DNA of 64,000 bases from Candidatus Eiseniibacteriota bacterium. Lineage in GTDB: Bacteria > Eisenbacteria > RBG-16-71-46 > CAVPCR01. Position 1 is the first letter of the stretch. Each line of letters opens with the position of its first letter. Positions 62,304-64,000 of the stretch are shown one piece after another. The DNA lies in assembly GCA_963702435.1 (NCBI GenBank), contig CAVPCR010000003.1:1-64000 (forward strand), read 5' to 3'. The position numbers and the translations under genes are program-made. The notes below the pieces were generated by a model. It did no database searches, had not been told where the DNA came from, and saw only the letters and a program-made list of their open reading frames with translations.

Positions 62304-63791
62304 CTACGGTGAGCGGGAGCAACGGAAACCGACGTGGTAGTACCAGTTAGCAGGAGCGACCCTGCCGCGAATTCGATGTGTGGATGTTGACATCGCTGAC
62401 GCTCCAACGAGCCGCCCCGCAACACTCGTGACCCAGTGGCGTTTAACTCCTCTACGACCATCGCTCGCAGAATAGGGATAGGATTGATACAAACTACTCA
62501 CCCATTCCCAGACATTACCCGCCATATCTAGCGCGCCATAAATACTGGCCCCGGCAGGATATTTGCCAGCCTCCGTTGTGTCGCCTACATTTTTATCGTA
62601 ATTCAGCAAATTGCTATCCGGTGCATGGTTGCCCCATGGATAGGTGCGACCATCTGTACTGCGCGCGGCTTTCTCCCATTCAGCCTCAGTGGGAAGGCGC
62701 CGGCCCGCCCATTCGCAGTAGGTTATGCGCTTGTACCAATCCACGTAAATGACGGGATAATCCGCAAACTCAGTCGTGCCATAATATTCTTTGCGGGTAT
62801 AAGAACTCGTGGAACTCGGCGGTTGGCAGGCTCCCGCTTCCACACACAGAGCGTACATCTTGTTGGTCACTTCGGTCTTATCTATCCAGAAGGCATCAAG
62901 TTTTACTCTGTGAATTGGTTGTTCGTCAGAAGAGGCATCACTGCCCATTATGAATTCACCGGCTGGCACGAAAACCAAGTTCATGCCATCTTTTTCCAAA
63001 GGGTTGGCGCAGGGAAAAAGAGCAGATCATATCCTGAAATGAGCGTAGGGGTGAAAGTTGGCGGGATGGGAGTAATCGGTGAAGTCGGCAGTCTTGGCGT
63101 AAAGGTTGCGGTCTTTGTTGCCGGGCGGAGGTGGAGTTGGTGGGATAGTAGCAGGCCAATTGTTGATTGCGTAGATAATTCCATAAATCCCGCACAGCAG
63201 GACAATCAGGGCAATGCCCGCAATCCGATACGGGCGAAAATTGATCTTGCGCTGTGGTTTTTTCTCTTGCGCTTTTTGGGCGCAGGCGTGTGGGACAAAT
63301 TAGCAATTTGTCCTACAGGTGGTGGAATATTTCTTGGTTTGGCTTTGGCGGCTTCGCGCTTGTTTTTTGACGTGCAGCTTTCTCAGCGGCTTCGCGTCTG
63401 CTTTTTCACGCGTGGCCTTGGCAAATTCGCGTTCCGCCTTTTCATGTGTAGCTTTCTCGGCGGTTTCATGTGTCTGTTTTTTCACGCGCTGGCTATTTCA
63501 AGGGTGTCATCCGAAATAACTGCTTGATGGCAGGACCAAGTTGCGCGGCACGTTTGTTTGAAACTAGCATTAACTGTTTTACGGCCATCCTCGCGACAAA
63601 GTCCACCCATTGATAGCGATTTAATCGTTGCGGGACATTACATTCTTCCAATTTCGCGGGAATGATAAAGATCGTCCCCTCGGGTTTTTCCATGGCTTTG
63701 TTCAGAGCGAAAAGGTGATTTCTGAACGTAGCCCTCTTTGTCGGACTGAATTTTTAGACAGGCATACCAGAATAACGTCCGAGCTAAACAA
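62304..63791 (-). CDS. TIR-domain / charged linker / TM / FGE-sulfatase (CLec-fold) protein, 5' end cut by an IS (indels)
   Basis: [47 protein letters not shown] (TIR_2-like); [66 protein letters not shown]. Confidence 0.85.
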
Positions 63792-64000
63792 TAGACTTTA
63801 TCGGAAATAAGGATTTGGTCATAATTTCAACGGTTTCTTTCTGCGGTCAACACGAAGGTTGTGCAAACTGCAAGCGATCACCATGACCAAATCCGAAAAG
63901 TTATCTTTCGTGTTTCGCAAGATATCTTTCACCGCTCGCGAACGCTTGACACCTGCAATGGCATGTTCGACGCGCACACGAACTTTGGATATTTTGCGGT
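63792..64000 (-). mobile_element. IS5-family (DDE_Tnp_4, ISL2-like) element, right end with transposase C-terminus (63819-64000)
   Basis: RKISKVRVRVEHAIAGVKR....DILRN.....DLVMVIACSLHNLR* then end sequence TAGACTTTATCGGAAATAA abutting mid-TIR coding sequence. Confidence 0.85.

Noticed and set aside
62304..64000. Complete DGR cassette
   Set aside because: No reverse transcriptase, avd or template repeat seen in the window; only a candidate target is reported

Overview
Bacterial chromosomal window, probably from Chloroflexota (Anaerolineae-like gene content; this is inference). Single-base indels break most long genes, including rpsA, so I treat most frameshifts as uncorrected long-read errors and give stitched, approximate gene boundaries. 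Order: 5' end of a ROK/XylR-like repressor (-) with its operator; kdpFABC-DE potassium operon with two extra small membrane ORFs; a comM/yifB fragment; a LacI-controlled cellobiose/xylose cluster (ABC uptake, GH94, GH1, GH3, xylA, unknown, xylB); CoA-transferase pair, glycerate kinase and SIS protein; an ABC-2 exporter whose last permease gene carries a ~13 kb island (HAMP/HD-GYP sensor plus a ~3,100 aa repetitive surface protein, a recombinase-like remnant and a diverged duplicate of the permease 3' end); ExeM/NucH nuclease; TetR plus MacB/LolE-type exporter; tRNA-Glu followed by 87-bp tandem copies of its 3' end; dipeptidase; rpsA; a chlI/chlD-like gene with a candidate programmed -1 frameshift; and a TIR-TM-FGE-sulfatase gene whose 3' end resembles a DGR variable region, interrupted by an IS5-family element at the window end. 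The best candidates for a new system are the HD-GYP/giant adhesin island and the TIR receptor with a DGR-like tip.
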